Of a stretch of DNA of 64,000 nt, positions 25,325 through 38,134 are shown piece by piece. The position numbers and the translations under genes were made by a program. The notes below the pieces were generated by a model. It was not told where the DNA came from and ran no database searches. It was given only the letters and a program-made list of their open reading frames with translations. The stretch's first letter is position 1, and every line of letters starts with the position of its first letter. The stretch comes from Octopus sinensis (Eukaryota). The stretch lies in the NCBI RefSeq assembly GCF_006345805.1, contig NC_043011.1, positions 36,902,464 through 36,966,463 of the forward strand. Reading direction: 5' to 3'.

Positions 25325-26078
25325 AATATTTGTATAATTTTACCTAAAAAGGTTATTTTAACGTACCGAAATACCTGGTAAAATTATTGATTAATTAGTT
25401 AATTAATTTCACCCTTTTATTATCTCTCTCTGTCTAACTGTCTGTCTCCCTTTCTCTCTCTAGATATATATATATATGTGTGTATGTGTGTGTTTGTGTG
25501 TGTGTGTGTGTGTATAGCTTTTTTTTTTCTTGTTCAGTTTGTCGCCCACCACCGCTTGACAACCGGTATAAGTTTGTTTAATTCCCGAAAGCTAACAGTT
25601 CCGTAAAAGTCACTGCTACACTACGTACCGCATATAAAAAACAATGATTATATATATTGCGATTAATTTATTCCAATAATCCTTTGAAGGTGGCATCCCA
25701 GAATAGCCACACACAAATGACTGAAGCGAGTACAAAAATACCTGACTGCGAAGAGATATCGCGTAAACATCTTTAGGAATTGCACCTCCATTAACACTGA
25801 TTTTGTTTCCAAAGTTATAACTCTTCTTAGAATTCCCATTTAAGTTGCTGACTGTTTCAGCTGGTGAGTGGAATTTTGCTTCTACATCGATTTAAAATTT
25901 CAATGACCATAAATCACTGTTGAAAGCCAGACTCAATCAACTTAGATTTCTTAGATTCCTGAGATTTCTTACCGTTTTTACATTAATTAAAGATTCTCGT
26001 AAATTTCACAGGTAGACTTCAAAGATTGTTTGGCTTTCAGTCGATATGACCATAAATTTACAATCGGGCGCGAAGGTA

Positions 26079-26176
<98 letters not shown>

Positions 26177-26209
26177 TTATCTCACTCTCTCTCTCTCTCT
26201 CTCTCTCTG

Positions 26210-26260
<51 letters not shown>

Positions 26261-26261
<1 letters not shown>

Positions 26262-26422
26262 GGCGTAGGAGTGGCTGTGTTTTAAATAGCTTGCTTACGA
26301 ACCGCATAGTTCCGGGTTCAGTCCTACTGCGTGGCATCTTGGCAAAGTGTCTTCTACTATAGCTCGGGCTGACCAAAGCCTTGTGAGTGGATTTGGTAGA
26401 CGGAAACTGAAACAAGCCCGTC

Positions 26423-26468
<46 letters not shown>

Positions 26469-26600
26469 TTGTCCCCCCAACATCGCTTCACAACCGATAC
26501 TGTTCGGCAAAGGAGACCGATACGATGAGAATGGGGTCGATTTGCTCGACTAAAGGCGGTGCTTCATCATGCCCACAGTCAAATGATTGAAACAAGTAAA
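26261..26600 (+). mobile_element. SINE family A with internal deletion
   Basis: AGGCGTAGGAGTGGCTGTG head, and family tail. Confidence 0.88.
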
Positions 26601-26601
26601 G

Positions 26602-26660
<59 letters not shown>

Positions 26661-26662
<2 letters not shown>

Positions 26663-26999
26663 CGTCACTAAAGTCAACATGGGCACTACTCAGCACAAGT
26701 ATTGCTAGACATAATAGTCAAAACCATTCAATAGCCAACAAAAGTACTATCTTCATGAACTGACAGGGGAGACAAGCATTTTATCTTGACAAAAAGACTC
26801 ATAAGATGACAAGGTGACGTGCATTTAACCCAAGGTGCGTTGAGAGTCATTAATGAGCGTTAAGATGCCTGAAGCATATCTGACTTGTCTCCCTTGTCAG
26901 CTCATTAAGATAGTGCTTCTGTTGACTATTGAGTTGTGTTGACTCTTAGTTCTAGCAGTACTGGTGTTGATTACTACCCTTGTTCATTTTAGTAACGTA
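26661..26999. mobile_element. MITE with ~115-bp degenerate TIRs
   Basis: TACGTCACTAAAG...CAATAGCCAACAAAAGTACTATCTTCATGAACTGACAGGGAGACAAG vs reverse complement TACGTTACTAAAA...CAATAGTCAACAGAAGCACTATCTTAATGAGCTGACAAGGGAGACAAG. Confidence 0.8.
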
Positions 27000-27264
27000 G
27001 GTTGTAAAATTGCGAACTAACCACCCATATTACACACACACAGACACATACACACACACACACACACATAAACACACACACACACATACACACACACATA
27101 TTTAAGTGTTGGATACGTTCCTAGTAGTAAGCCAAATGAAGCACGCACATTCACTACATGTGGCTACTTCACGTCATCCAAGGCATTTATGCAATTGTCG
27201 GTGGGTCTATCTCAGGAATTCTTCAGTGTTCGGCAAGTATATAACAAAAAGAAAGACAGAAAAT

Positions 27265-27587
27265 TGTATACATAGGAGACTTTATTGCTCACAACACTCG
27301 TTCCGAACCATTCTGCATCGATCCGTCACGAATAGCATACTGTACTACTGATTGTTGTGCATCCCTCGGAGTTGGCGCATCTCAGTTCATGTTATATGGG
27401 GTAGTTCGTCGAATAAAACCGAGTGAAACAGAGTTTATTTAACAAGATATCCCTTATAACATAATCCGAGGAGGCGAGTCAGCACCGAGGGACGCAGTAC
27501 AATCAGCTGTACAACATCTTACCCGAGAGGGATCGATGCAGGATGTGTCGAAACGATCGTTGTGAGCAATAAAATTTCTTTTATACT
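27265..27587. mobile_element. Foldback element with decayed hammerhead-like arms
   Basis: TTTATTGCTCACAAC at 27281 and its reverse complement ending at 27573; shared CTGCATCGATCC and CTGATTGT motifs. Confidence 0.72.
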
Positions 27588-28140
27588 TCCATTTCTTGCT
27601 CTACCATATGTACGCGTGCACGCGCGTGTGGCTGTGTGTGCGTGTGCGTGAGCATGCTTATTTCAAGAGTATCATCGCCATGCGATATTTAGGCATAAGC
27701 AAACTTTAGGTTAGTTAAAACATATTTGTAACATATTTCAACCTCTAAAGTCGAATTTAATGCAGTTACCGAGGAGAAAAAAAAGTTCTCTCTTATAGTA
27801 AAAACATGTAAATACACAAAATCTCTCTTGTGATGCCCCCATTATTAATTATTTCAGAATAGACTTTCTGATGTGAATTTATCCTCTTATATATACATAT
27901 ATTCATATAATTAAGCACACATATACATATACATACATGCATACATAAATAAATAATACACACGCGCGCGCGCTCACACACACACACAACACATACAAAC
28001 ACACACATATATATATATATATCTGCGTGAATCTTTAGGTATGTATATTTATGTATATATATATATATAATATATATATATATATAGTCATACATTATAT
28101 CATCATTATCATCATCATCATGAAGGCAGAGAGGGCTGAA

Positions 28141-28178
<38 letters not shown>

Positions 28179-29615
28179 TATATATATATATATATATATA
28201 TATATCAATAAATACTTACACACACACACACGCACGTAGAGGCTATCAGTTTCACATACCTTGAAAAAGGCAATATTCCAACTTAATAGTTTGTCAAGGA
28301 AATTAAATTGCTTTCTTTTGACGAACGTAACAAAGCTTCTGTTGTATTTATCTAAATACGCAGATATGTAATTAGAATGTCTACAATGTTCATTTTAGCA
28401 ATGCGTATAAAGTACATTTAAGTTAAGTCGAGAAGTAGAACAGGTTCGGTGAGTTGATTCTCCAGAAATTTATCTTTTGTCTTACTTTTTTTCCTTCTGT
28501 CATCTTTGCCTATTCAAAAGAGATTAATACTGCTTAATATGAAAGACACAGCTTCTCTGATTATTAGGTGATATGAAGATTACCTGAAGAATAATAGGCG
28601 GTGAAAGATAAATGAATTATATACTTCGAACAATATCTCTCCAGGAGCTTCCATATCGACCACGGTGTCTTCCGCGTTATACCTTTCGATATTGCTTTGA
28701 AATGCGTTCATATAAAATGCAGTATGAAGTAAATAAATAGTTCATTATAAACTCGAATCTTTGTTCGCAGTCAAATGTAATTAATTATTTCGTTTTTCAT
28801 TGTGAGGACAATTAGTAAATAGAAGTTTGAAACTTCAAAAGTAAATTCACGTGATTTAACAGATTAAATTATATCAAAATATAAAAATAATATAAAACGT
28901 TGGCGTCTTTTCAAAGACAAAGATTTATCACTGATTGAGATGCTAAACATTACTTTCCAAATTGAATCTAAACAAAGACTTGCCAATTTGAAATATCGCA
29001 ATATATATGATGTTATGACGCTTCTACTTTACTTATCATAATTGTTGCATTTACAATTAGGACATTGGGGAAATTTGAGGGGAAAGAATGTCTGTCGAGT
29101 GGAGCTGCTTTTGGCCTCTCATATATATATTCTTCTAATCGATGGTCATAAAAATTGTAGCATTTATAATTCGCATATTTGCTAAAATGTAGGAGTTAAA
29201 TGCATGTTTGGAGAGTTATTTTGGTCTCTTATATAATTATGGAACCTCTGTTTATTATAATTGTTGTATTCTCCAGTAGCACATTCAGTAAATTAAAGGG
29301 GAGAGTACCTGTTCAGTAGAGAAGCTTTCGCATCTTGTATATGATAATGGTTTCAAATATCGGCATAACGCCAGCGATATTAGCTGAGTGGAGAGCGTCG
29401 TTTTCATTGATCCTAACGTTCAGCTAATACTTATTTTATTCACGCTGAAAAGAATACAAAAAATGTCGAGAAAGGTGGAATTTGGATTCAGAACAGAATG
29501 AGTTGCAAAACATACAACAAAGTATTTTTGTTATGCTATAAAAGTCCAGCCTTCTTTACCTCAATGATGGTGATGGTGATGATGATATAATAATAATAAT
29601 AATAATAATGATAAC

Positions 29616-29681
<66 letters not shown>

Positions 29682-29703
29682 TATTATTATTATTATTATT
29701 ATT

Positions 29704-31872
29704 AAAACCAGAAAACTACAGACCAATAACCTGCCTCCCTACTATGTTCAAGGCATTTACTGCAGTGATATCACAAAGGCTGAACAAGCACCTGGACGAA
29801 AACAAACTGTTCCCAGAAGAGCAGAAAGTATGCCGCAAGGGCTCATATGGCTGTAAAGATCAACTAATGATTAATAAGCCGTAACTGAAGACAGCCACAG
29901 AAAGAAGAAAGGCCTCAGTATGGCCTGGATTGACTACAAAAAGGCGTTTGATAGCATCCCCCACACATGGATCCTCGAAACCTAGCCATTAACAAGTAGC
30001 ACTAACAATCATAAAATTCATAGAGCACTCTATGAATAAATGGCAAACAGTCCTACCCTCCAAACAAAAGAGGGACTCATGAAAACCAAACCATCCCCAT
30101 TAGAAGAGAATATTCCAGGGAGACACGCTCTATCCACTCCTTTCTGCTTGGCACTGTCACCTCTATCTGATATGCTAAATAGAACTGGATGCGGATATAA
30201 ATGTTACGGCAAAACGATCAGCCACCTTTTATATATGGATGACCTAAAACTATACGCTGCAAATGACAAACAGCTGGAAACACTATTAAAGACAGTTCAT
30301 GGATTTACCAAAGAAATAGATATGAAATTTGGATTAGAAAAATGCGCCAAAGTAACCATGAAAGGAGGAAAACTAGTTAAGAGTAACAACATCACACTAG
30401 ATAAAACCAATGAAATAAAAGAATTAGACCAAAGCCAAACTTACATACTTAGGATCCATGAACTAGATAAGACACAACACACACAAATGAAAGAGAAAAA
30501 AAAAAGAATATTATAGACGAGTTAGATCAATACTAAACACAGAGCTCAATGCTAAAAAACAAGATAATAGGTATCAACACTTTAGCTGTCCCAGTTATAA
30601 GTTCAGCTACAATATCCTTAACTGGACACGAAATGAACTGTCCAAAATAGATAGGAAAACAAGAAAAATCTGACAGGATCTAGGATGCATCACCCAAAAT
30701 CTGACATAGAAAGACTATATATACAACGTATAGAAGGTGGTAGAGGCCTTATACAGCTGGAAAACTACTATAAAATAACCACCATAGGACTGCAAAAATA
30801 CCTACTTCAGAAGGAAGGAAAACTGATCCAGATAGCAGCAAAACACGAGCAAAACAAAAAGCTGTTCTCAGTATTTAAGGAAGCTGACAAATACAAACAA
30901 GAAATCATACCACCTAATAAACACAAAAAGAAGAAGAGATGATGAAGAAACAACAAAAGCTATAAAACAAATGAAATCCAAACTAAAAATAGAACAGCAA
31001 CGAGCCATGATAAAACGATGGCAAGAAAAGCCCCTTCATGGTAAATACTGCACTAAACTAAACGCAAAAGAAATAGACAAAGAAAAATCCAACAATGGTG
31101 AGAAGCTCAGGACTCAAAGCAGAAACAGAGGAGTTTTAATTGCAGCACAAGACCAAAGCCCCCCACCAGAAATTACCAAAAACATGTAATGAAAAAAATA
31201 TTACAAGTAACTGCAGAATATGTGGAGATGGACAAGAACAATAAATCATATTATCTCTAGCTGCCCAGTCCTGGCTAAGAAGGAATATATTCACAGACAT
31301 GACAGAGTTGGAACCTACATACATGGAAGCTATGCCAACATTATGAATAACAACAGAAAAAACATGGTATAGGCACACACCAGAAAAGGTCACAGAAAAC
31401 GAGAAAGCAACCATACTCTGGGATATGCCGATACACACAGATAGAAATTAAGGCCAACAGACCAGATATAGTTGTCAGAGATCATGAAGAAAAAAAATGC
31501 TTTCTAATTGATGTATCAATACCGGCAGATGACAACGTGTCTCTAAAAGAAATGGAGAAACTCTCAAAATACAAAGACCTGGAAATAGAGATAACTAGAA
31601 TGTGGAACCTGAAAACAGAAACAATTCCTCATAGTAGGTGCATTAGGCATGATAAAAAATATTCAGACAAATACATAACAAAAACACCAGGACTTACAAC
31701 ACATATAACATACAGAAAATTGCACTACTAGGCACTGCACACATCCTACGCAGAACACTTTCCATACAATAACCATCAGAGCATCACAACAAATCACAGC
31801 ACATACCCAAGGCACACAGAGCTGCGCTCGGTAGTGAAGTGAAAGCACGCTATAAAAATAAAACTACTGAAC
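29704..31872 (+). mobile_element. 5'-truncated R4/Dong-clade RLE non-LTR retrotransposon (RT, CCHC, PD-D-K endonuclease, 3' UTR, (TAA)n tail)
   Basis: PENYRPITCLP, AWIDYKKAFDSIPH, SHLLYMDDLKLYA (YMDD 30232-30243), SDIERLY...GGRGL, W.EKPLHG, CRICG..ETINHIISSCP (31212-31266), RHD, NRPDIVV...LIDVSIP...EKLSKYKDL, ALLGTAHILRR; flanked by (AAT)n. Confidence 0.96.
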
Positions 31873-31876
31873 AATG

Positions 31877-31910
<34 letters not shown>

Positions 31911-31923
31911 TAACAATAATAAT

Positions 31924-31954
<31 letters not shown>

Positions 31955-32004
31955 GATTATGATTATTATTATTGTTGTTGTTGTTGTTGTTGTTGTTGTT
32001 ATCA

Positions 32005-32190
32005 TTTCTACTATTAGCACAAGGCCTGAAGTTTGGGGATAGGGAGCTAGTCGATTACATAGACCCCAGTGCGTAACTGCTACTTATTTTATCGCCCCCC
32101 ACAAGGCAAAGTCGACGGCGGAATTTGAACTCTGTATAAAAATTTGGACGAAATACCGCTAAGCATTTTTTGGGGTGTGCTAAAGAGTCT
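32005..32190 (-). mobile_element. SINE family B, decayed
   Basis: AGTCGATTACATAGACCCCAGTGCG...GGCGGAATTTGAACTC. Confidence 0.72.
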
Positions 32191-32561
32191 GCCAAGTTGC
32201 ATTTACACGTAGGACATTAGAGAAAATATTTTCTAGTAAGGCAGATTCTCTTATCGTATGTATTATCTTTCAATAATAACAATTGGTGCACTCACGCATT
32301 TTATAAAGAAAATTGAAACTGTGCGTCGTAGATTCTCAGAAACCTAACAATTTCTTCAAGGATGGGCTTGGAAAAGCTAGGATTTTCAGGTTAAGAAAAA
32401 TACCAGCAAACACAATTTTAAGGCTGGAATCAGCAAGTGGAATAATAAAAACATGTGTGAATTTCTGAAAGTTCGTTATGTTACTATAATCATAGTGATA
32501 GAGGTTTTATTTTGTTATTAGAAACCTGCGCTTCCTTCTAAGAATAATCTCAAGGCTTATA

Positions 32562-32785
32562 CAGTAATCCCTCACCATATCGCGGTCCACATATCGTGGT
32601 TCATTATTTAAACTTACGTCGATTCTCCTGTGGAGTTGTTTTGCATTTATAATGAAATAAATACATACAAATTATAAAGATTATTTTTAAAAATATACAG
32701 TACAGTACTGTTTCTACTGCGTGGATTTTTCACCTATCACGGTGTTTTTTGGAAGGTAACACCCGCAATAGTCGAGAGATTACTG
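32562..32785. mobile_element. Tc1/pogo(Tigger)-type MITE
   Basis: TA|CAGTAATCCCTC..ATATCGCGG ... CCCGCAATAGTCGAGAGATTACTG|TA; TA target duplication. Confidence 0.85.
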
Positions 32786-32794
32786 TAAAAGAGA

Positions 32795-32940
32795 GGGTGC
32801 TGAAAATTTCTTGGATTTAAGGGTATCGCGAAAGGCCTTGTTGGAGGCCCAAACTTTCGAGTTCTTTGTACAGGGCTCTGAAAAACTGAAGGACCTCTGC
32901 AACTAGTGTGCGATTCTAAAAGGGGAATATTTTAAATAAG
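32795..32940 (+). mobile_element. Mariner-derived MITE, partial
   Basis: Collinear with 40485-40699. Confidence 0.75.
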
Positions 32941-33423
32941 ATTGATCCGTTTGTATTTTGTTTAACTCAAAGACAGGAATTTTCAGCACAACATCATATA
33001 CACTGAAGGATATACAACGCTAGCAAGATACTTTTGTAAAGTATATTCAATCAAGTTTTGTAAAATAGTTTCACTTTATAATTTTGTCTGAAGTAGGGTT
33101 TAGCAAAAGCAAAGCAAAACCAAAAAAATCAATGCAAATAACGAAAACAGTATAAAATGTCAAAATATCAAAGTGAGCTTCGTTGGACATGAAGCAATTT
33201 ATGTGTTACACGCAAAAACACACAAATACACTACGCGCAGAAACACATATACATTGAAACAGAAAAGCACTAGTAAATAAGGAAATGTTATCAATCTATA
33301 TATCTATCTATCCATCCGTCTTTCTGTCTATCTATCTATCAATCTTCTTTCTCTGTATATATATCTAGATATATAGACACATATATAGATATAGACTTAT
33401 ACGAATGTATGTAAGTATATATA

Positions 33424-33488
<65 letters not shown>

Positions 33489-34453
33489 CATATATATATA
33501 TATATATATAAACACACACACGCACACAAACATATATATATGTGTATATATATATATATAAGTGTTTATATGTGTGTACATGCACATGTATGTAAGTATA
33601 TGTTTGGACGTACAAGTGTATATATATGTGCATATATATATTTATTAGAATATTCATATATATTCACATACACACAAACACACACACACACGCAAGTACA
33701 TACACATACATATATATATGTACATATATATATATATGTATGTAAGTATATATCTGTGCATATACAAGTATAGTATGTATGTATATAATATATATATACA
33801 TTACATACACAAACGCACTCACGCATATGTGTATACGCACACACACACACACACTCACATATATATATATATATATATATAATTATATTCACGCACTCTC
33901 ATACATACAAGTATACATATACCATTATATTTATTTCTTTAATTTCAGTCTCTAACTTCATCTCAGATTTTATTCTCATCTGAAGTACGAAATAGGGACA
34001 GAATGCAACGCCCACTCGCATACGTTTACGCACGCATGCCCAGACACACCTATACTCACATACAATATTCGATCTTTCAATAATAGCAAAATTAATGACA
34101 AACACTATTATAGCTCCAAACCACCAATCCCCATCGAGACACGCCACTCCACTTACAATACAACACAATCAACTCACCAAAAATAGTAACAAAAAACACA
34201 ACGTAGATACAGCGTCATAAAATGTGTGTGTGTATTTGTGTATGTGTGGGTGTGTGTCTGTGTTTGTGTGTATATATATATGTATGGTTGTATGTGTATA
34301 TATATATATATATAAATATGTGTACGTATTGATTGATGTAAGTGTATGTATGTACACACATATAAACGTATGTATATATGTATGGTAATATATGTATATA
34401 TACGTATTTACATACCTGTATGTATATACATATATATGCATATATATACACAT

Positions 34454-34533
<80 letters not shown>

Positions 34534-35254
34534 ATGTATATCTTTGTGCGTGTGAATATGAGTGTATGAAAGTGTGCGTGTATGTTGGCATGTGAGTGTG
34601 TTTTTTTCTCTAACTCCTTTCTCATCCTCCACACCAACAAGTCATGATGTCTCGGGGAGAAGTCGGTGAATTTATTGGTGAACTATTCACTGACCACGTA
34701 TTATTTATACGCATCGCCAGTGTGCAATTGACCATGAATTAGTGACAAATAATATCTGAAGTGACTCAAATCAAACGTGAGGACTGGTGTTCACATCGTA
34801 AAGTAATTGGTTATAGGAGAGAAAATTTCTTTCAAATAATTAGTTCGCTTTTCGCTAATGACTTCACATCATTGGAGGTTAGTGTTAGGTGGTAGGTTTC
34901 GTGTGGTTTTGATGATATACGTTTATTCTCTTTTGTCTCATTATTTTGTGTTCAAATACTGCCTGATCTCAAGAATCGACCGCAATTATCAGAACGTAGC
35001 TTTGATGGAAGTGCGCACTATATATTTTTATTTCTTTTATTTCTTAATTGCACTAATTTTCAAGCGTTGCTCTGCTTTAGTATAATACGTTGTAACGCTC
35101 TGTAACTGTTTTTCAATAATTCATTCGTATTTTTGTTGCAATTTTTGTTGTTGTTGCTGTTGATGTTCTCATTGAGTCAAATGTCAGTAATATATTTTTT
35201 TTATCGAAATGACCTACCATCAAATACATTCCAGCTGTGACCGTCCTGCATAAT

Positions 35255-36148
35255 ATTTAATACAGCAATACTTTAAATACACGTTCTAACGTCTACTCTA
35301 TTATATACCGTTATAGTTTAACATTGAAGGGTTTAGGGTGCTGCTGCCATATCTAGCAGAGCATGTAACCACTCACTTATTTTCCAGTTTCTGGGTGATG
35401 CCAAACATTGGAATTCTTTTCACATAAATTTTCTTGCAAAATGTATGCACAAAAATCGTTTCTAACAAAAATAAATTGGTTCTTTGACCTGATTTCGACC
35501 ATGTCCAGAACACGCGAATGAAAGTGATACCAACATTGACCGTCATGCGATTTATGTTTATTTCTGACTATATTATTGAATGAAAATTTGTTGTTCAAAT
35601 ATATGAAGATGTAGTGTAAGAGGTTTTGGATGCTACAAAGGGTATCGGATGATGCGCTCATTAAAAGGACAGGTTATATGAACATGGATGAGGAGACGAA
35701 AAGGGAGGAGGTAAAAGTATATATAGTTACAATTGCATAGATGGAAGCAATTTAAACAGGAACACAGATCCTTCCTTTATGAAACACTGAAGTTAGGGAT
35801 AAGTTCCTCCTTTTTTAAGTTACTTAAATAATTCTTCAAAAACTGAATTATATTTCGTATCGACATACACGGTTTATTTTGTAGAGGCTTATCTCGATGT
35901 TTCAGTATTAATGTACTGAAGGTTATCGCTTTATCGACATTTCGAAAGACGGGAACACTTTTATTTAATACAGCATTACTTTAAATACACGTTCCAACGT
36001 CTACTCAATTATATACCGTTATAGTTTAACATTGAAGGGTGTAGGGTGCTGCTGCCATATCTAGCAGAGCATGTAACCACTCACTTATATTCCAGTTTCT
36101 GGGTGATGCCAAACGTTGGAATTCTTTTCACATAAATTTTCTTGCAAA
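35255..36148. repeat. 186-bp direct repeat, two copies 708 bp apart
   Basis: 35255-35440 and 35963-36148, roughly 95% identical by eye. Confidence 0.92.
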
Positions 36149-36679
36149 TATATATATGCACATATATATACACTTGTACGTCCAAACATATACTTATATA
36201 CATGTGCATGTCCATACATATACTTCTATACATGTACATACATATACTTATATACATGTGCATGTACATACATTTAAAGTAATGCTGTATTAAACACCAG
36301 TCCTTTAATACAAATTGTCTGACTTTGAAGACAGAACTAATCGCACCTTCCATTCCGAGTTTCTTTCTATGGCGATATTTGGTAGTGATGTAAACACACA
36401 GAAAATATTTCGTTCTTCATCCTCACTTTCCTTTGCAAGTACACCTGGAAACATTCGATGAAGGGTTCTCTGTAGTAAGGGTTGTGTAATAACAATTCTT
36501 TTTCATCTACGTCCATCAAACCACTTTTTCACCATAACCTCTAGAAAGGGTAACATCATTTGCCTCGCCTTGTTAAACGAGGTTGGTGAGGGGAATAATG
36601 CGAGAGGAGTTATAAATTGGGTCAAACAGACAACTGTTTTCTATCATGTTGTTCTCAGAATTGCAAGTAAATGCTTAGA

Positions 36680-36800
36680 ATATTTGCAAGTAGTTTTACC
36701 ATTTTCGTCGCATTCAACCATCGTTTCAAAAATTCAATTGGAAAGAATCCACGCCCTTCTTCAAATTCATCTTCTTTCCTAAGTGGAACTAGAAAGGTCG
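36680..36800 (-). pseudogene. Possible decayed mariner DDD fragment
   Basis: TTTTTGAAACGATGGTTGAATGCGACGAAAATGG resembles FLKRMVTGDEKW if two indels are assumed. Confidence 0.35.
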
Positions 36801-37174
36801 ATGAAAGCTTGCACGAAGTGAAAACTATTTACCTTCAAATAATGGAAGATAATAATTAAATGAAAATAGCTATAATTATAGAATAATGAGAGTTCTTTGC
36901 GAATGCTGAACAGGATAATTCACTTATGTTAATTATATGCTGATGAGTTCATCTAACAGCGTAGTAATGCACGTGAGTGCGCACAAATATTTGGGAATAA
37001 ATTCGTTAATTCCGGTTACCATATACAAACATTGCAAAGCAAATGTCTTTTTTCAATTCCTATGAGCATGCGTCCAAAATTCAATTTCGTTTCTGTTTAT
37101 TCACGACATGAATGCGCGTCGGTTGGTGTCATTTACGGCAAACTCATTTCTTTTGAATATAATTCTATTTGTTC

Positions 37175-37205
<31 letters not shown>

Positions 37206-38134
37206 CTCGGAGTGAGTGTTTTTCCGTTTAATGCAAAATTAGTACTAATTAGTTCGCTTTAAATCGGTTTTAGTAGGCATTCATGTCAACAATTCCCATG
37301 GTATGGGAATTCGAGAGCGAGCCAGATGTCTGAAGTTCGCTATTTCAATCTAATGAAAACTTCCACCATTTTACAAGTAGGTTTCGAATACTATAACATT
37401 AATGGTACGCTTATTGATTCACGACGTTATTGTTGATAGAAACAAGTGTTTAGTTGTGTTGCATGTCTGGGTATATGAATAATTTCCCTATGAAATTGTG
37501 TATTATCAAAAATGTCGGTAATTGTTGCGAACTTAAAACGGGGAAAATACTCGAATCGAATTCAAAATATATGATCGGAAACATTTTTCTTCTTTCTGTT
37601 GATGCTGTTCTTGGTCGTCCAACATTTTGTATAGTTTACTAGAAATATATTTCCAAACGACAAAACAAACAAACAAAATATCGAAGGCTGAATACGATAA
37701 ACGAGGATGAAAATTTACATACTCACAGGAAAATACATAAACATATAAGCGAAAAAACTTGCAATGATCTCAAATGAGAGTCAATAAAAGTTAAAGTAAA
37801 AGAACTTATATTCTAACAGTTTGTAGTAAGAGCTCTCTTCCATTATATTTCTTTCAACTTCTGTGTTTGCATAATTTCACAAATTTTTGTAATTCAGAAA
37901 GGTTCGAGGTTTTACTCTTGGCTGGAAAAAGAAATCTAAAACCCAACTGCATTCCTTAGCAATTTACTGTAAACACTGGTAGAGATACATGCCAAATCTC
38001 CATCTAATCTGAAACTAAATTTACAAAAATGAAGTGTCATTCCATAAAATATCATAGTTCTAGATAAATAAGTTGGGATTGTGACGAGTAGAGCACTGTC
38101 CAATTTAGGTCTGCTTCATGTGACCAATGCCCGT

